Shown piece by piece: positions 28,008-41,419 of a stretch of 64,000 nt of DNA. Every line of letters starts with the position of its first letter. Position 1 is the stretch's first letter. The DNA comes from Octopus sinensis (taxonomy: Eukaryota). The notes under the pieces are model-generated. The model did not search any database. It was given only the letters and a program-made list of their open reading frames with translations, and was not told the DNA's origin. The position numbers and the translations under genes are program-made. The DNA lies in the NCBI RefSeq assembly GCF_006345805.1, contig NC_043012.1:42222001-42286000 (forward strand), given 5' to 3'.

Positions 28008-28243
28008 TCATTCACACATACTTAAGTATTACATATACACACATGTAATACACACATATAAAATATATGAATATAAGAGTTAAAATATAATATATAATAT
28101 ATATATAATATATATATATTTATATGTATATGTGTATATATATAAGGATATGAGTATATATGCACTCATATTTATATGTAAATGATTTTTGGGTATGTAC
28201 TCATACTTATATAGGTATATGTGTAACTTGTTTTATACATTGG

Positions 28244-28360
28244 AATCTCCGAAGAGGCCGTAAGATATTTTTGTTAAAGTCTCATTTATACCTGCAATAT
28301 ATGGCTAATATAGGTTAAATGAGACATACTTATCTGCATGGCTGAAACAGCTGTCAGTTA
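28244..28360 (+). ncRNA. Type I hammerhead ribozyme motif with extended helix II (U4C change) in a pLTR-like fragment
   Basis: atct-CCGAAGA-ggcc...[gtctcattta/taaatgagac stem]...ggct-GAAA-CAGCTG-TC-agtt. Confidence 0.6.
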
Positions 28361-28898
28361 TAATGTATATGTATTTTTATATCTTGTTATATTTATTTAG
28401 TTATATCTCATTATATTGATTGTAATTATTGTACTGTATTAATGTCTAATCTTAATGCTCTTGTGTAGTGTTTTAATAAAGTATATGATTCGGTATTATC
28501 TGATAGTTGATGAATGATTTAGATATATTTCTCCATTTTCTTATTTTGTATATATATATATATATCAATTATAATATATGAAGGTATATAAGGTGTAATC
28601 GAATGTAGTCAGTTCAGAAATGAAGCCGTGATAATTTATGTTCACTCTGGACACACAGTGCTAAATTCAGCAGCATCATCATCATCATCATCATAATCAT
28701 GTGTGTAATACATAGAGCAACACGCACACACACACACACACACATAACACAAATATTATATTTAAAAAAAACAAATCACAACACCTTTGTTTTAGCTGCT
28801 AGTTTCTCTTTTTGTTATTAGGAAGTACAGAAACACAGCAGTGACTGTGCCAAGGAAGAAGAAAAAGAAGGAGAGATTGACAACATGTAATAGACACA

Positions 28899-28942
<44 letters not shown>

Positions 28943-28944
28943 TG

Positions 28945-29710
28945 TAGAGGGTGTTGAGGCAAAAGTTGATTTTTGTCTCCATTTTTCAGGTACAGCTTGT
29001 TATATTGGTGAACAGTATTGGAGAGTGTAAAGATTACAGTTGTGGTTGAGAAAAAGCTAAGATGAAGGACTGGAGGCTATACTGGAAAAGAGTTCCCTGT
29101 ATCCTGAACATTTGCACTGAGTATCAAAATGACTGCTGTTCAATGCCCTGTGAAGACGGTAAGGGCTACAAGACATGACATGGACATCATGAAAGCCAAA
29201 TTGTGATGGTCTTTGTGTCTCCAGTGAGATTGATGTCATGCTGCCTGACATTATTGAACAGAAATTTAGTTTCAATTCCGATGGCTATATAAAGTTCCTG
29301 GAAGACTATATATTTTCCTGCAGGATTTGGCTCAGGAATGAGTCAGAAGTGGCTGTTGAAAAATTTCTGATACTTCGCTAGTCCCAATTTCTGGCCTCCT
29401 AATTTCCCTGATTGTAATCCCATAATTTATTTGCAGGGTACAGTTGCAAACAACACCATCCACCCTGCCTACAATAGCAAAGCTGAGCAGGTGTTCAAAG
29501 ATCTTCAAAGGACACAGAGAGGAATATATGTACCAGGTTCCAGAACTGTTTCGAGGGTGTCATGGCAGGTGAGGAGGACACCTACTTTGAGTAAACTTAT
29601 ATTCCAGCTATAATCCAGTTTTGATATGTTTTGATTTTTTTAAATACTTCTATTTTTGGAAGTGTTATTGTGTTTTTTTTTTTCCTTTTGTAAAAATTGC
29701 AAGAGTGAAT
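28945..29710 (+). mobile_element. Decayed Tc1/mariner-superfamily (DD37D/maT-like) transposon
   Basis: Remnants ...VSSEIDVMLPD..., QDL and FWPPNFPDCNP. Confidence 0.65.
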
Positions 29711-29719
29711 GGTAAAAAT

Positions 29720-30520
29720 TACATGTGTAGGTATCTAATATAGTCTCATGAAGGTGATGACAAAGCAGCCACCCTCAGTTTTCACCATGGCCTCAGGATG
29801 GCTCTGGAACTTAGCACAAGCATTCTTCATTGTGTTTCTGTGAACACTTCTTTGAACACTACTTTGATCTTGGCCACTAGCTTGGCCTTAGTGTTGCAGG
29901 CAAAGTGGTTGGTCTCTTTCTCAACTGTACACCCAACATACAGTAATCTGTGGGATTACAACTGGAACAACTTAGAGGCCAGAAATTGGGGCTGGAGAAG
30001 TTGTAGAATTTCTCTGACAACCACTTTGGACTCTTTCCAGAGGTAAAGCAAGGAACCAAATCCTGCTGTCACACACACACCTCCCAGCAGCAACCCTCTC
30101 TAGCTAGGGACTGACCATAGTCTTCAGCAGCTTCACATAGCCATTTGAAATGAGTCTAAGGCCCTTTTCAAAGATGTGGGAAAGAATTCCAGCATACAGA
30201 TGCAGTCAGAATGCCTGTTGTGGTCCTTCCTGCTGGCTACATCTCTATAATATCCATTGCAGCTGTCCATGTTACATCTTATCGCTTTTACAGTATTCAC
30301 AGAACATTGAGCAGCCGTCATGAAGCCAGCGTTTTGATATCCATTTTGATATTGGTGACTCTTTTCCAATTTTCAAATGGATTCCAGTCCTTCATGTCAG
30401 CTGACACTTTCTCAATTGCAACTTTAATCTTTATGCTCTCCAACACCAATAACCATTCAACAATGCATCAAGCTGTTCTTGAATAAAAGAGACATAGCAA
30501 ACAAGAAATCCTCAAATTTA
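29720..30520 (-). mobile_element. Decayed DD37D (maT-like) transposon, inverted relative to the previous copy
   Basis: QQDLVPCFTSGKSPKWLSEKFYNFSSPNFWPLSCSSCNPTDY has 37 residues between the two catalytic-position Asp residues. Confidence 0.72.
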
Positions 30521-30911
30521 TACCATACACTGTGTGTATGTGTGTGTGTGCGTGTGTGTGTGTGTGTGTGTGTGCGTGCGTGCATGCGTGCATCGTCATG
30601 GCTGTGTGGTTAAGAGGTTCATTACTCAAGCATGTGGTTTCAAGTTCAGTTACATATTGGGCAAATGTCTTCTGCTACAGACACAGGCTAACGAAAACTG
30701 CATCAGTTGGTTTGGTAGATGGAAACTGAAAGAAGCCTTCTTTCACACACACCTGAAACATTCATTAATTTCTTGAGGATGGAGTCATAACCCCAAAATG
30801 TTGAAGGCAAGTCTATATTAATTCATTTATTGGTTTTCTTGTGATTTGCCTTGCTTTTACTTCGCATTGCTCTGGCCTTACCCATAATCCTTTATACAAT
30901 ATATATATATA

Positions 30912-31291
30912 TCTTTATATATAAAAGTGAGGTTGTGTGTTGTCTGTCTCCTACGATTTAGATTCCTAACTACTCCCACATTTTGCGGTGCAGTATCTTA
31001 TAATCATGATTCATATCGAGCCCTTCTGGGTATTAGCGCGTGTTTATGATGAGTCTACGATTTTAAAAAAAATTTACCATCAATTTTTCCCATTTTTAAT
31101 GCATTTTTGGCATATATAAGGGAAGTAACTCTCTAAAAATTTATTATTAAATCTCAGAACGTAAAAAGCTACAGTAACACCCCCCCTTTGTGGTTAGCCA
31201 TATTGAGATGGCTATTATACTTTACATCTCTAAAAATGCTTATATAGTTATTTCCCTTACAAACCCAAGCAACGCCGGGCGATACTGCTAG
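30912..31291 (+). mobile_element. Short non-autonomous Helitron
   Basis: A|TCtttatatataaaagtgagg start; cccaagcaacgccggg hairpin; ctgCTAG|T end. Confidence 0.9.
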
Positions 31292-31334
<43 letters not shown>

Positions 31335-34300
31335 ATATATATGTATATATATGTATATTATAAATATATATAAATATATAGTAAAGTTTCTTTGTTTATT
31401 GTATAGGCAGTAGTCAGAATTGCTCAGATAAAAAACCCTGAGATGCAAATGTATAAAAAAAAAAATGTTTAGGAGAATTTCAGATAGGTTCAACAATTTA
31501 ATTATATTCTGCCAGAGATCAATGCACATCAGTCTCTCTCTCTCTATGTATATATATATGTATATGTATATAGTGATTTGTTTGTGGATTACAAGCAAGA
31601 CAAAAATTAAAACTAAACTGAATACAAAGAAAACAACCAACATTAACACAAGTGATAATCAATGCTTGATGGGAGGGGGAGGAGGGGGAGGTGGGGGAAG
31701 CAACACTGCAAAACAATAACAAAAAAGTGAGAAACTGGAAGTGAGGTGTTTCTTTCATGTTTCAGTGGAGTCTGAGGGTTGGGCTATGAAACTGCCTTCA
31801 AGTCTCTAGTCAAAGAAAGTGACCGACTACTTATTTTTTAAGTCTGGTACCTATTCTATTGGTCTCTTTTGCCAAACTGCTAAGTTATGCAGATACGAAC
31901 AAAACAACGCTGGTTGTCAAGTCGTGTGGGGAGGGGGAGGAGACAAAGACAAACACCTCCACCACACACACACAAACACACACTTTGGAATTCTTTCAGT
32001 TTTGGTCTACTAAATACACCCACAAGGCTTTGGTTGGCCCAGGGATCTAGTAGGAGTCACTTGCTCAAGGTGTCATATAGTGGAACTGAACCCAAAACCA
32101 CATGGTTACCAAATGATCTTAACCACACAGCCATGACTGGCTAACATAAAAAAAAAGAACAAAAAAAATTAAAATTCAAGAAGAAAATGGAGCTAAGATA
32201 GTTCTACCTTTCCTCCATTTTCTTCTTGAATCTCTTTGCTTAGAAGCAAAGAGGTTAAGAATTACTGAGACAGAAATAAACCCTGTCATTTTGGATAGGG
32301 ACATCATCATCATCATCATTTAATATCCATCATTCATGCTAACATGAGCTGGATGAGTCAAGAACATCGAAATATCAATTTATTGCCAACATAATCCAAA
32401 ACATTGCCTCACAGATGTAGTGCTGCTGCTGCTTCTTCTTCTTCTTCTTCCTCTTCTTTTTCTCCTCCTCCTCCCCTCCTCCTTCTCCTCCTCTCAACAC
32501 TATCGCGTCTATTCGTACGAACTGACTACAGGCGTCCCACTGGAATGCTTCTCTTACCATCAGACACTGAATTTACTGACACAAGGGCAGGGCTTAACAA
32601 GAGGAAGGGCATCCAGTCATAGAAACAAAGCCAGAATGACACACAAGAAGCAGTTTAGAGCAGGAGTAGTTCTCAGTAAGAAAGGACTGGCTGGAATCAT
32701 GATGACCAACCCAATGCCGGCCAGAAAGGAAAGTGGATGTAAAATGATGATGGTGATGATAATATATATATATGTATGTATAAATGTGCATGTATGAGCG
32801 TGTGTGTGTGCATCTACAAACATGCATGTGTGTTTGAACATATTAATCAAGTGGTCCGATAATTACCCACTCATCCCCAACAAAATAGTCTGTGTACTAC
32901 ACAGATACATCGTTATTGCAAGCTCACACACACACACACATGTAAATATTAATCAAAGAAGTGTTAAAAGAAAAAATAAAGATGGAGCATATATTAACAT
33001 TTGAAGAAAGACAAAAGAAAGAAAAAGAAAAAAAAAGCTGTAGCAGGAACTCAGACACGAAGAAAGAAAACGAAAAGCTGAAAATTTGAGTGAAAGAGCA
33101 GACATAAATATTGAAAAGTGGGAATAAAGATGAAACTAGGGAAAAAAACCTGGGGTTGGGGGGTGTAAGAGAACAGAGGTAATGGGTGACATAAGAACAT
33201 TAGGCAACAAAAACATCAGGATGTATTCACAGAAACAGCAACAAAAATAGGCTTCAGGAAACAGAGGTGATATCATATACAAATATATATATATATACAT
33301 ATATATATGTATACACACACACACACACAAACTGTATGGTTCCTCTTCCTAGAAATTTACTAGTTTACAAGAGTGATGTTTAAGGTTTCACTAAAGTATC
33401 ACAAGGTCATAATAGCTCTGGTGCAAACCAGTCATATCGCAAGTATTTCAATGTTGTTACTCATGTTGTGTGCTCCTTCATCTGCTCTCCATCAGCATGT
33501 AGGACATCAAGCAGGGGCCCAATTGAATGTCTGCTATTTCGTGTCTCTGTTTGTCTCTTTGATGATGTCACACACTGGCTTGCAATGATTTATGGTGCAA
33601 GATGTGCAGCAATGTCTGGCTGCTCTGCTATTATATATCTGTTGTTGCTTAGTGCACTAGGGCTGCCCTATTCAAATAAACCAATGATCAGAGGCATTCC
33701 AACCATAACCATCCCATCTGTGACTAAATTGTTTGTGGCATTTCATTTTTCATTACAACTGGTCGTTGTTTCTCGCCTGTTGAAAGACCATCTAAAAGCT
33801 CCCTCGCTGACTCATTATGTTTAGATCTAAGCAAGTCCTGATCAAACAGGCCTAGGGTCAAAGGCAATCCACTCTCAGCTCATCATAGATGTAGTTGAGG
33901 GTGGTGATGGTTGTTGAGGCAGTTTTAGTGTTGGACAAAGATATTTCTAGGAAGAGCAAACCATATATCCAGCTGTAGAGCAAGATAAAGAATGATATAC
34001 CAATGCCGTGAGTGTGTGTCTGTTTGTCTCTCTCTCACTACTTGGAGGAGCTTGTGGAGAGAATGTTCAGTCCAGAACTGACCTTGCTCGGAGAGCAGGG
34101 GCATACAGTGGACAGAAAACTGCTGCAAAAATAAATTGTGGTTAATAAATTAAGACAACCGACAAAAAACAAAAAGAGAAAAACAAATTTATATATACAT
34201 ATATATATTTATATATGAGTTTTGAAGCTGTATCCTAAATACAGCCTTAATACTCATATTATACTCAGTCGGGTACAGTTAATTGTATACACAACTGGAA

Positions 34301-34441
34301 TAATTATTTGTCTGTCATTCAATTTGTCGGTATTTGTTCCTCTGATTTCATTGTATATGCAATTTGCTTCTTTTTAACCATTTAAGTACCTGATTCACTT
34401 GAATCCTGAACATATATATATATATATATATACATATATAA

Positions 34442-36790
34442 AAATGTATAAAAACCCACCTCCGAACTGACAGCTCAACAATTTCAAACAGGACATTACC
34501 AATATGGTCAAAAACATAAAATTTAAACCCAAAAGAAAAGCAACCAACCCTCACTAATAAGATTATTAAAAAAACTTCAGAAATACCCTGGAATTCTCAT
34601 CCTCGCTGATAAGACAGGCAATTTATACAATGTTTCCCTGGACAAATACTTAGATTTAATACTCAAGCAACTACACAAGGACTACAGAATTGTACCTGAT
34701 TTGGCTCTAAAAGAAATCAACAACAAATATAGAGATCTCGTTCTTAAACTTGGACTTGAAGATAGGACTGAACCAGCTACACCTTGCCTACCCCATATAA
34801 ACTTAAAGGATCACAAAGAAAACTTCGCAGTGAGCCCCTCAGTTCACTTCATTTGCCTCTCCAGCGCCAATATAGGTAAGATCAGCAAAGTTATACTCGA
34901 TTGGGTAATACCCCAACTCTCTGCCACACCAACATTAAAACTCTGGACCAAAACCACTGAAGCTACCCAGTGGTTCAATTTTCTATGCCCAAAGCACACA
35001 TGAAAATTTATACACGTCGACATTGATTAATACTACTCTAGCATATCCCTTATTAATTTAAATAAGGCCTTAATTTTCACAAAAAACATTCCAACCTATC
35101 TCACGATGGTATTGATATAATATTAGCAACCCACCAAAATATCTTACTGCTTGATGGGAAATCCTGGGCCTGCATGGATACACCCAACTTTTTTGACATC
35201 CCTAAGGGAGTCAGTGACTCCGCCCAAGTTACGGATTTTGATCTACACAGAGAAATGCTCTATTCACAATCCAAAATTCTAGCAACCGAAAAATCAAACA
35301 GACTAGAAAAAGATTAAGAATTATTTTGGAAAAACGTTGGCCTTAGCATCTCCTTCTGTAACAACATTAAGACTGCTAATTTCTTGGACGTAACACTAAA
35401 CTTACAAAACCAAACCTTCTACCCATACCACAAACCTGGAGAAACCTCAACTACATGAGTTTCTCCTCCAGCCACCACACCTCCATCCTAAAATCTATTG
35501 TGGAAAGTGTTTCCCACCAGATTTCCTCACTATCTGCTAATAAGGATTTATTCAATCAATATGCAAAATACTACAACATGCCAACTATAAAAACTCAATT
35601 GAATACATCTCCATGTGGAATATTCCTCTCTCCACTAAACCCAGAACTGAAACCAGTTTCGCCCCCAACACCCATATAATAAATGTGAAATCTCCCCTAT
35701 CCCACCACTCCAATACCCATCCAAATTTCAGAATAACAGACAACCTAACCTCTATATATATCACAACTCACTGAAACAGATACCAGTGTGCAGTTCTAAT
35801 AACCAATCCTCACCCAGTTAACCACCCACCTCAGAATAAATAAACAAGAACTCGGGACGTTATCTGATTCCACCCGCCTCCTTGCACTTAATGTTCAGAC
35901 TCAAGTACTTAAACTTTTCTTTACCTACTTGAAAAATCTTTCCCTACATCTAGCCCTCTTAAAAAATATTTAACCCCACCAATCTATAAAACTCCACCAC
36001 CACCAACATTGCCAGAGTTACCCAATATCTTTAACAAGAAACTCAGAAATACACAACCAGTTAACCCCCACCCTAATAACTTAATTCAACATAACCCCCC
36101 AGCTTCACACATATAAACCCAAATCACCTTAACAACACTAAACCTCATAACCCCAACTATAATTCCACTACTAACATCCGATCCGTAAATTTACCAACTA
36201 TACCTATTGTAAAAATAAAGAATGACACAGACAATACTACTGGGCATAATAATTATCATATTATACAACCTCACACCACCACCCTCAACTTCCTAGTAAA
36301 TACTAACCTAACACCAGTTTCTCTCTAAATAACAATCCCCTCACAAGTTCATCCGGAACACCCCCTACAAACCTATGCAGCTTCAGGTGCCCAACATCCT
36401 GTCCCTTATATAACCACTGTCTCACAAAAAACATTGTTTACAAGTGTACAGTATCAGCTGCCAGATGTAACTACATAAATATCAGCTCATGCAGCACCAC
36501 CACCTTCAAAGATAGAGTGAGCAACCATTACTCCAGTTTCAAGTCCCAAACAAAATCCAACAGTACATCGTTATCTCAACTTATCAATAAACAAGATTGA
36601 TTCAACTCCTTACACTCTCAAGTGGTCCACAGTCACCAACGCCAAGCCATACAGCAGCTATAATAACAAGTGTGATCTCTACATAGCTGAGGTCTTAGCC
36701 ATTTTGCAATCCACAAATTGTCTTAATGAATGCAGCAGTCTAATTTTTACCTGCAAACATTGGTCAATAAATCTATTCTCAAACTACAAT
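34442..36790 (+). mobile_element. Decayed Penelope-like element (Naiad-like): RT plus C-terminal GIY-YIG
   Basis: ADKTGNLY, LKDHKENF...IGKISKVILD, NFLDVTLNL, PYHKP, CPLYNHCLTKNIVYKC, FKDRVSNHYSSF and TSLS; many stops and frameshifts. Confidence 0.85.
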
Positions 36791-36999
36791 CAACCTCACC
36801 CCTCCCCACCTTTTCCCCCTAACCTTCATAAATTCTCCTTTTTATTTACCCTCACTCCCACTATATATTAAACCAACACTATATCTTCCCTTTCATTCCT
36901 TGTTGTCATTTATATACTTCTCTCACTTTCTTTCCTTATCATTTATAAACTTCTTTCTTTTCTTTCACCTGCCTCCTCCTACCCCCTTGTTGCATTGCT

Positions 37000-37620
37000 T
37001 ATTTTGTGACATCAGTTCATAGTGTTTGCTGCAAGGCATGGCAGAAAGTGGTATTTTTGTGGGTTCATAGAGGACTAACAGCCTTTCTGTGGGAGTAATT
37101 AAGTTTGGTTTGGTGTTGCAAGATTGAACTGTCAGTATGGATGGGGCTGCAGTCTATATGGCCAGCAAGGGTTAAGTGCCATGCTCTTGAGAATGGAGCA
37201 GGCAAGCTTAGGTGTCATGTCTGGACTGTAAGATCCCAGTGATTTGAAGTTCATTAACAGGGCATACCTCTTGCAGTTGATGGACATTGTAGGTTGGTGG
37301 AGTATATGTAATATCTTGCAGAGTGAGCAGTTGCGAGTTTCAGGAGAGTAAGTCAATGATACTCCATTTGATGTTGAGTAAATCATTCAGGTGGTTACAA
37401 AGTCTCCAGATAAAATGGGACAACATTCCCTATCCCTGCACCTGAAACAATACATATGCTGTGTATACCTTCCCTTGAAGTCACTGGCTTCATGCCTGTG
37501 TAATGTCTTGTAATGCCACCAGATGGTGTGAGAAAGGCTATATAGATGACGGCCCTTCAGAGTAGGATCCCCTCAGTAGGTAGAATTTGGGCAGTTGCAG
37601 GTTAGGCTATCTACTGGATA
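37000..37620 (-). mobile_element. Second Penelope-like (Naiad-like) GIY-YIG fragment
   Basis: TCNCP, VIYIA, DFKGRYTQHM, NIKWSII and YSPETRNCSLC. Confidence 0.6.
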
Positions 37621-37624
37621 CTGT

Positions 37625-37830
37625 GCATGCAGAACTCTCAGGCGTTTTGGCAGGATGCTGAAGAGTTGTGGGACCTTGAAACCCAAGCTGTTGCAGTATT
37701 TGGTCCTGTATCTTGATAGCAATGTTGGGATCATTAGCACTATGCAATGGCACCCCTTTCTGCTGTTTGTGTAACTTACAATGCCAAAGTTTGATATAAG
37801 TCCTTCCAAGATTTTCCAGTTATATATATC
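37625..37830 (-). mobile_element. CR1-type LINE 3' fragment
   Basis: WKILEGLISNFGI...NSLGFKVPQLFSILPKRLR, homologous to 20150-20340. Confidence 0.75.
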
Positions 37831-38579
37831 ACTGCACATCTTTCTCACCTTTATTCTTGGGAGAAGAGTTAACATCTCCCTTTTATTGAAGCATTTAGTT
37901 ATGGGGATATAAACAAACCAACACCCGTGGTCAAGCAGTAGTGGGAGACAAACACACACACATACATATATATGACAGACTTCCATACAGTTTCCGTCTA
38001 CCAAATTCACTCACAAGTCATTGGTCAGCCCAGGGCTGGTCATAGTAGTGAGTTTCTTAACCACACAGCTAAGCTCATAGACATTAGTGAGAAAACTGCC
38101 AATAAAAAATTGGCACACCTATCAGAAATACCATGTGGTGTTTATTCTGCCCAAGTTGCACAGACACTTATGACTACAATTTGTCCCCTAAACACAACCC
38201 CATCTAAAGTCTACTAGATTTACTTCTGAGACACTATGCTGAGCCTGTTTCTTTATACCCTTAGATTCAGTTAAAAAAAACACTAGTGACCTTTCAAAAA
38301 TGCTTCTTAATCATTTCATATTTCAATCCATGCATGGCTATCATGTTCTAAAAATTAGAATTCCATAACCTGCAAGATGAGAAGAGGTTTCTAAATCCTA
38401 GCTCCTCAATATCTTGAAGGCAAGGGATGCAGGGGGCAGTCATTCCCACCACATTGACCCCCATCACCACCCTCACTGTCTCATAGTACAACATGACCAA
38501 TTCTGATGAACTGGAATCAAGTAAGCCCCCCCACACACACACAACCTACACATAAATATGTAGCCTTTTACAAAGTAAA

Positions 38580-39275
38580 AAGTTATTTCCCCAGGTCATC
38601 GTAGACTTTCACTGATAAAATAAAGTACCAGTCAGATTAATCCCTTCCTTTCAAAACTTCTTAAATTAGACAGTTATTATTATTATTATTACGAAGGTAA
38701 TTAGCCAACACACTGGACAAAATGCTTAACATTTCTTCCAGCTCTTTATATATGGAGTTGAAAAGCTATTAATGTCAACTATACCTTCCATCCTTTTGGG
38801 GGGTCAATAAAATGAGCACAAGTTGAGAAGTTGGGGTCAATAACTTTACACTTCCCTCAAAACTGCTGGCTCTGTGCTCAAATTACAAAGAACTTATTAT
38901 TAACAATTAAAAGGTGGTTAACAAGCAGAATCATTAGTTTGCTGGGAAAGAATGCTTAGTAGCATTTATTGTGGCTCTTTACATTCTGATTTCAAATCCC
39001 ATCAAAGACAATTTTCCCTTTCATTTTTGGGATTAAATAAAGGGCCACTCAAGCAATAGGGTTAATGAAATCAATTCACCCCCCACCCCTCACACACACA
39101 CACATACCCATTAAATTGTTGGTTTAGTATCAAAATTAGAAAGAATTATTATTATTATTATGGCAGTGAGCAAACAGAATTGTTTTCTCGTGTTGAACAA
39201 AGTGCAAAATGGCATTTCTTCTGGTTCTTTATGTTCTGAGTTCAAATCCTGCTGCGCTCAATTTTATTTATCATC
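38580..39275 (+). mobile_element. Cluster of degenerate Meta-like SINEs
   Basis: Repeated gagtt(c/g)aaa...ccttccatcc...aataaaatgagcac motifs with (ATT)n linkers. Confidence 0.65.
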
Positions 39276-39276
39276 C

Positions 39277-40670
39277 TAGGGCTATTAGACAAAAGAAACA
39301 GGCTTGGAAGGACTGGAAGAACGGTGGTAGCAGGGAAGTGCATCAGACTGCCAGAAGGGAAGCTAGGAGGCAGGTGTATTTAGCCAGAGGGGAAGCAGAT
39401 AAGAAAAAATTTGCCAATGTTCTGCACCGTGAGGATGAAAGACTTGAGGTATTTCGTATTGCAAGACAGTGTGTGAGAGAAAATCGTGACGTGGTAGGAG
39501 AGAAATATGTTCGCAAGGATGATGGCTCACTTGCGCTAAATGAGGATGCAAAGAGAGAGGTTTGGAGACGCCACTATGAAAGGTTGCTGAATGAGGAAAC
39601 TGCCGAATGTCAACCCAACAGAGGGATCAGCAATCCGAGTTGACAGTTCCTTAGTAGTTAAGGCAATTACAAGCATGAAAACAGGGAAAGCCCCTGGCCC
39701 ATCAGGAATTACTGCAGAGATGCTCAAAATATCTGGTAGTGTTGGCTATGGCCTAGTCACCCGTATAGTTAACCAGGTGATACACGAAGGAGTCATACCC
39801 AATGACTGGTGTAGCAGCATAATAGTCAACTGCTACAAAGGTAAAGGTGACGCTCTAGATACAAATAACTGCAGGGGTATCAAGCTGCTGGATCAGGTAA
39901 TGAAGGTCACGGAGAGGGTTATAGCCCAACTAATTAGAGAGAGAGTTAGCTTAGATGAGATGCAGTTTAGGTTCGTGCCAGGGAAAAGTACTACTGATGC
40001 TATATTCCTGGTAAGATAGCTGCAGGAGAAATACCAAGCCAAAGACAAGCCCCTGTACCTGGCTTTTGTTGATATGGAGAAAGCCTTCGACAGGGTCCCC
40101 CGATTCCTTATCTGGTGGTCAATGAGGAAACTAGGGATAGATGAATGGTTAGTGAGAGCTGTGCAAGCCATGTACAGAGACGCTGCTAGTAAAGTGAGGG
40201 TTGGCAACGAGTACAGTGAAGAATTCCGGGTAGAGGTTGGGGTTCACCAAGGTTCAGTCCTCAGTCCCCTCCTATTTATCATAGTCCTCCAGGCAATAAC
40301 GGAGGAATTCAAGACAGGATGCCCCTGGGAGCTCCTCTATGCTGATGACCTTGCTCTAATTGCTGAGTCTCTATCAGAACTGGAGGAGAAGTTTCAGGTG
40401 TGGAAGCAAGGCTTAGAATCAACCTAGCCAAAACAAAAGTCCTAATAAGTAGGAAGGTAGACCAATCACAAACGCCTTCAGGTAGATGGCCCTGCTCCAT
40501 CTGTAAAAAAGGCGTAGGTAGAAAATCTATAAGGTGCACCAAGTGTAAGCTATGGACACATAAGAGGTGTAGTAATGTCAAAGGAAGACTAACTAGGAAA
40601 ATAGTTTTTATCCGTGGCAAATGCTCAGGAGCAATAAACTCTGAAAATATGCAGTGAAGACCCGTTGAGA
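39277..40670 (+). mobile_element. RTE-type LINE RT region with PHD-like finger, disrupted
   Basis: KTGKAPGPSGITAEMLK, DMEKAFDRVP, GVHQGSVLSPLLF, YADD, then CSICKKGVGRKSIRCTKCKLWTHKRC; one stop plus frameshifts. Confidence 0.92.
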
Positions 40671-40739
40671 TAAGTGAAAATCAAATCAAATCAAAATCAA
40701 ACCAAATCAAATCAGATATTAGAAAGCAGAACCAAAATC

Positions 40740-41140
40740 AAAGTCTATCAACATCAATGGAAATTGCAGCTGTGGTTAAGCGAACCATCCGATCGTAGCT
40801 GCTGCAAGCGCCGCCCCGACTGGGCTCCGTGCCAGTGGCACATAAAAGCACCATTCGTTCGTGTCCGTTGCCAGCCTCGCCTGGCCTAGTGCCGGTGGCA
40901 CGTAAAAGCACCATCCGTTCGTGGCCGTTTGCCAGCTCCGTCTGGCACCTGTGCGGGTGGCATGTAAAAAGCATCCACTACACTCACAGAGTGGTTGGCG
41001 TTAGGAAGGGCATCCAGCCGCAGAAACACTGCCAGATCAGACTGGGTCTGATGCAGCCTCCTGGCTCCACAGACCCCAGTTGAACCGTCTAACCCATGCT
41101 AGCATGGAAAGCGGACGCCAAATGATGATGATGATGATGA
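40740..41140 (+). mobile_element. RTE-LINE 3' UTR with (GAT)n tail
   Basis: Tandem gtggcacgtaaaagcacc units and the shared 3' core; similar copies at 55955-56300 and 58650-59070. Confidence 0.85.
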
Positions 41141-41419
41141 TCCTTTTGCTGTTGATAAAATGATTGACTTAATGAAACCCCAAGTAGTAGTAGAATTACC
41201 AGAATATTGAAAAAAGGGCTCCGTGGAAAGATGATATCCTTGCACAACAGCTGAATACAAAATGTCAACTTGTAGATTCGCAAACGGAATGCTAATACAA
41301 ATATGTCTCCTCCACTGTCACATAGCAACGGGAGATGATAACCAAGGGAGATAAATCATCCGAGTTATCTCCCTTAGAAGAACCGGCTCGAATAGGCTGC
41401 CAAAACTGAACTGTTTCAA

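Noticed and set aside
28786-28844. Candidate minus-strand exon after a strong pyrimidine tract
   Set aside because: Stops in all three frames and a weak donor
34030-34125. Candidate minus-strand cassette exon (also 43655-43693 and 47700-47815)
   Set aside because: Splice signals plausible but phases do not fit cleanly and there is no homology support
34442-36790. Selenocysteine UGA recoding in the Naiad-like element
   Set aside because: Copy too decayed (TAA/TAG stops and frameshifts) to assess; no SECIS recognised
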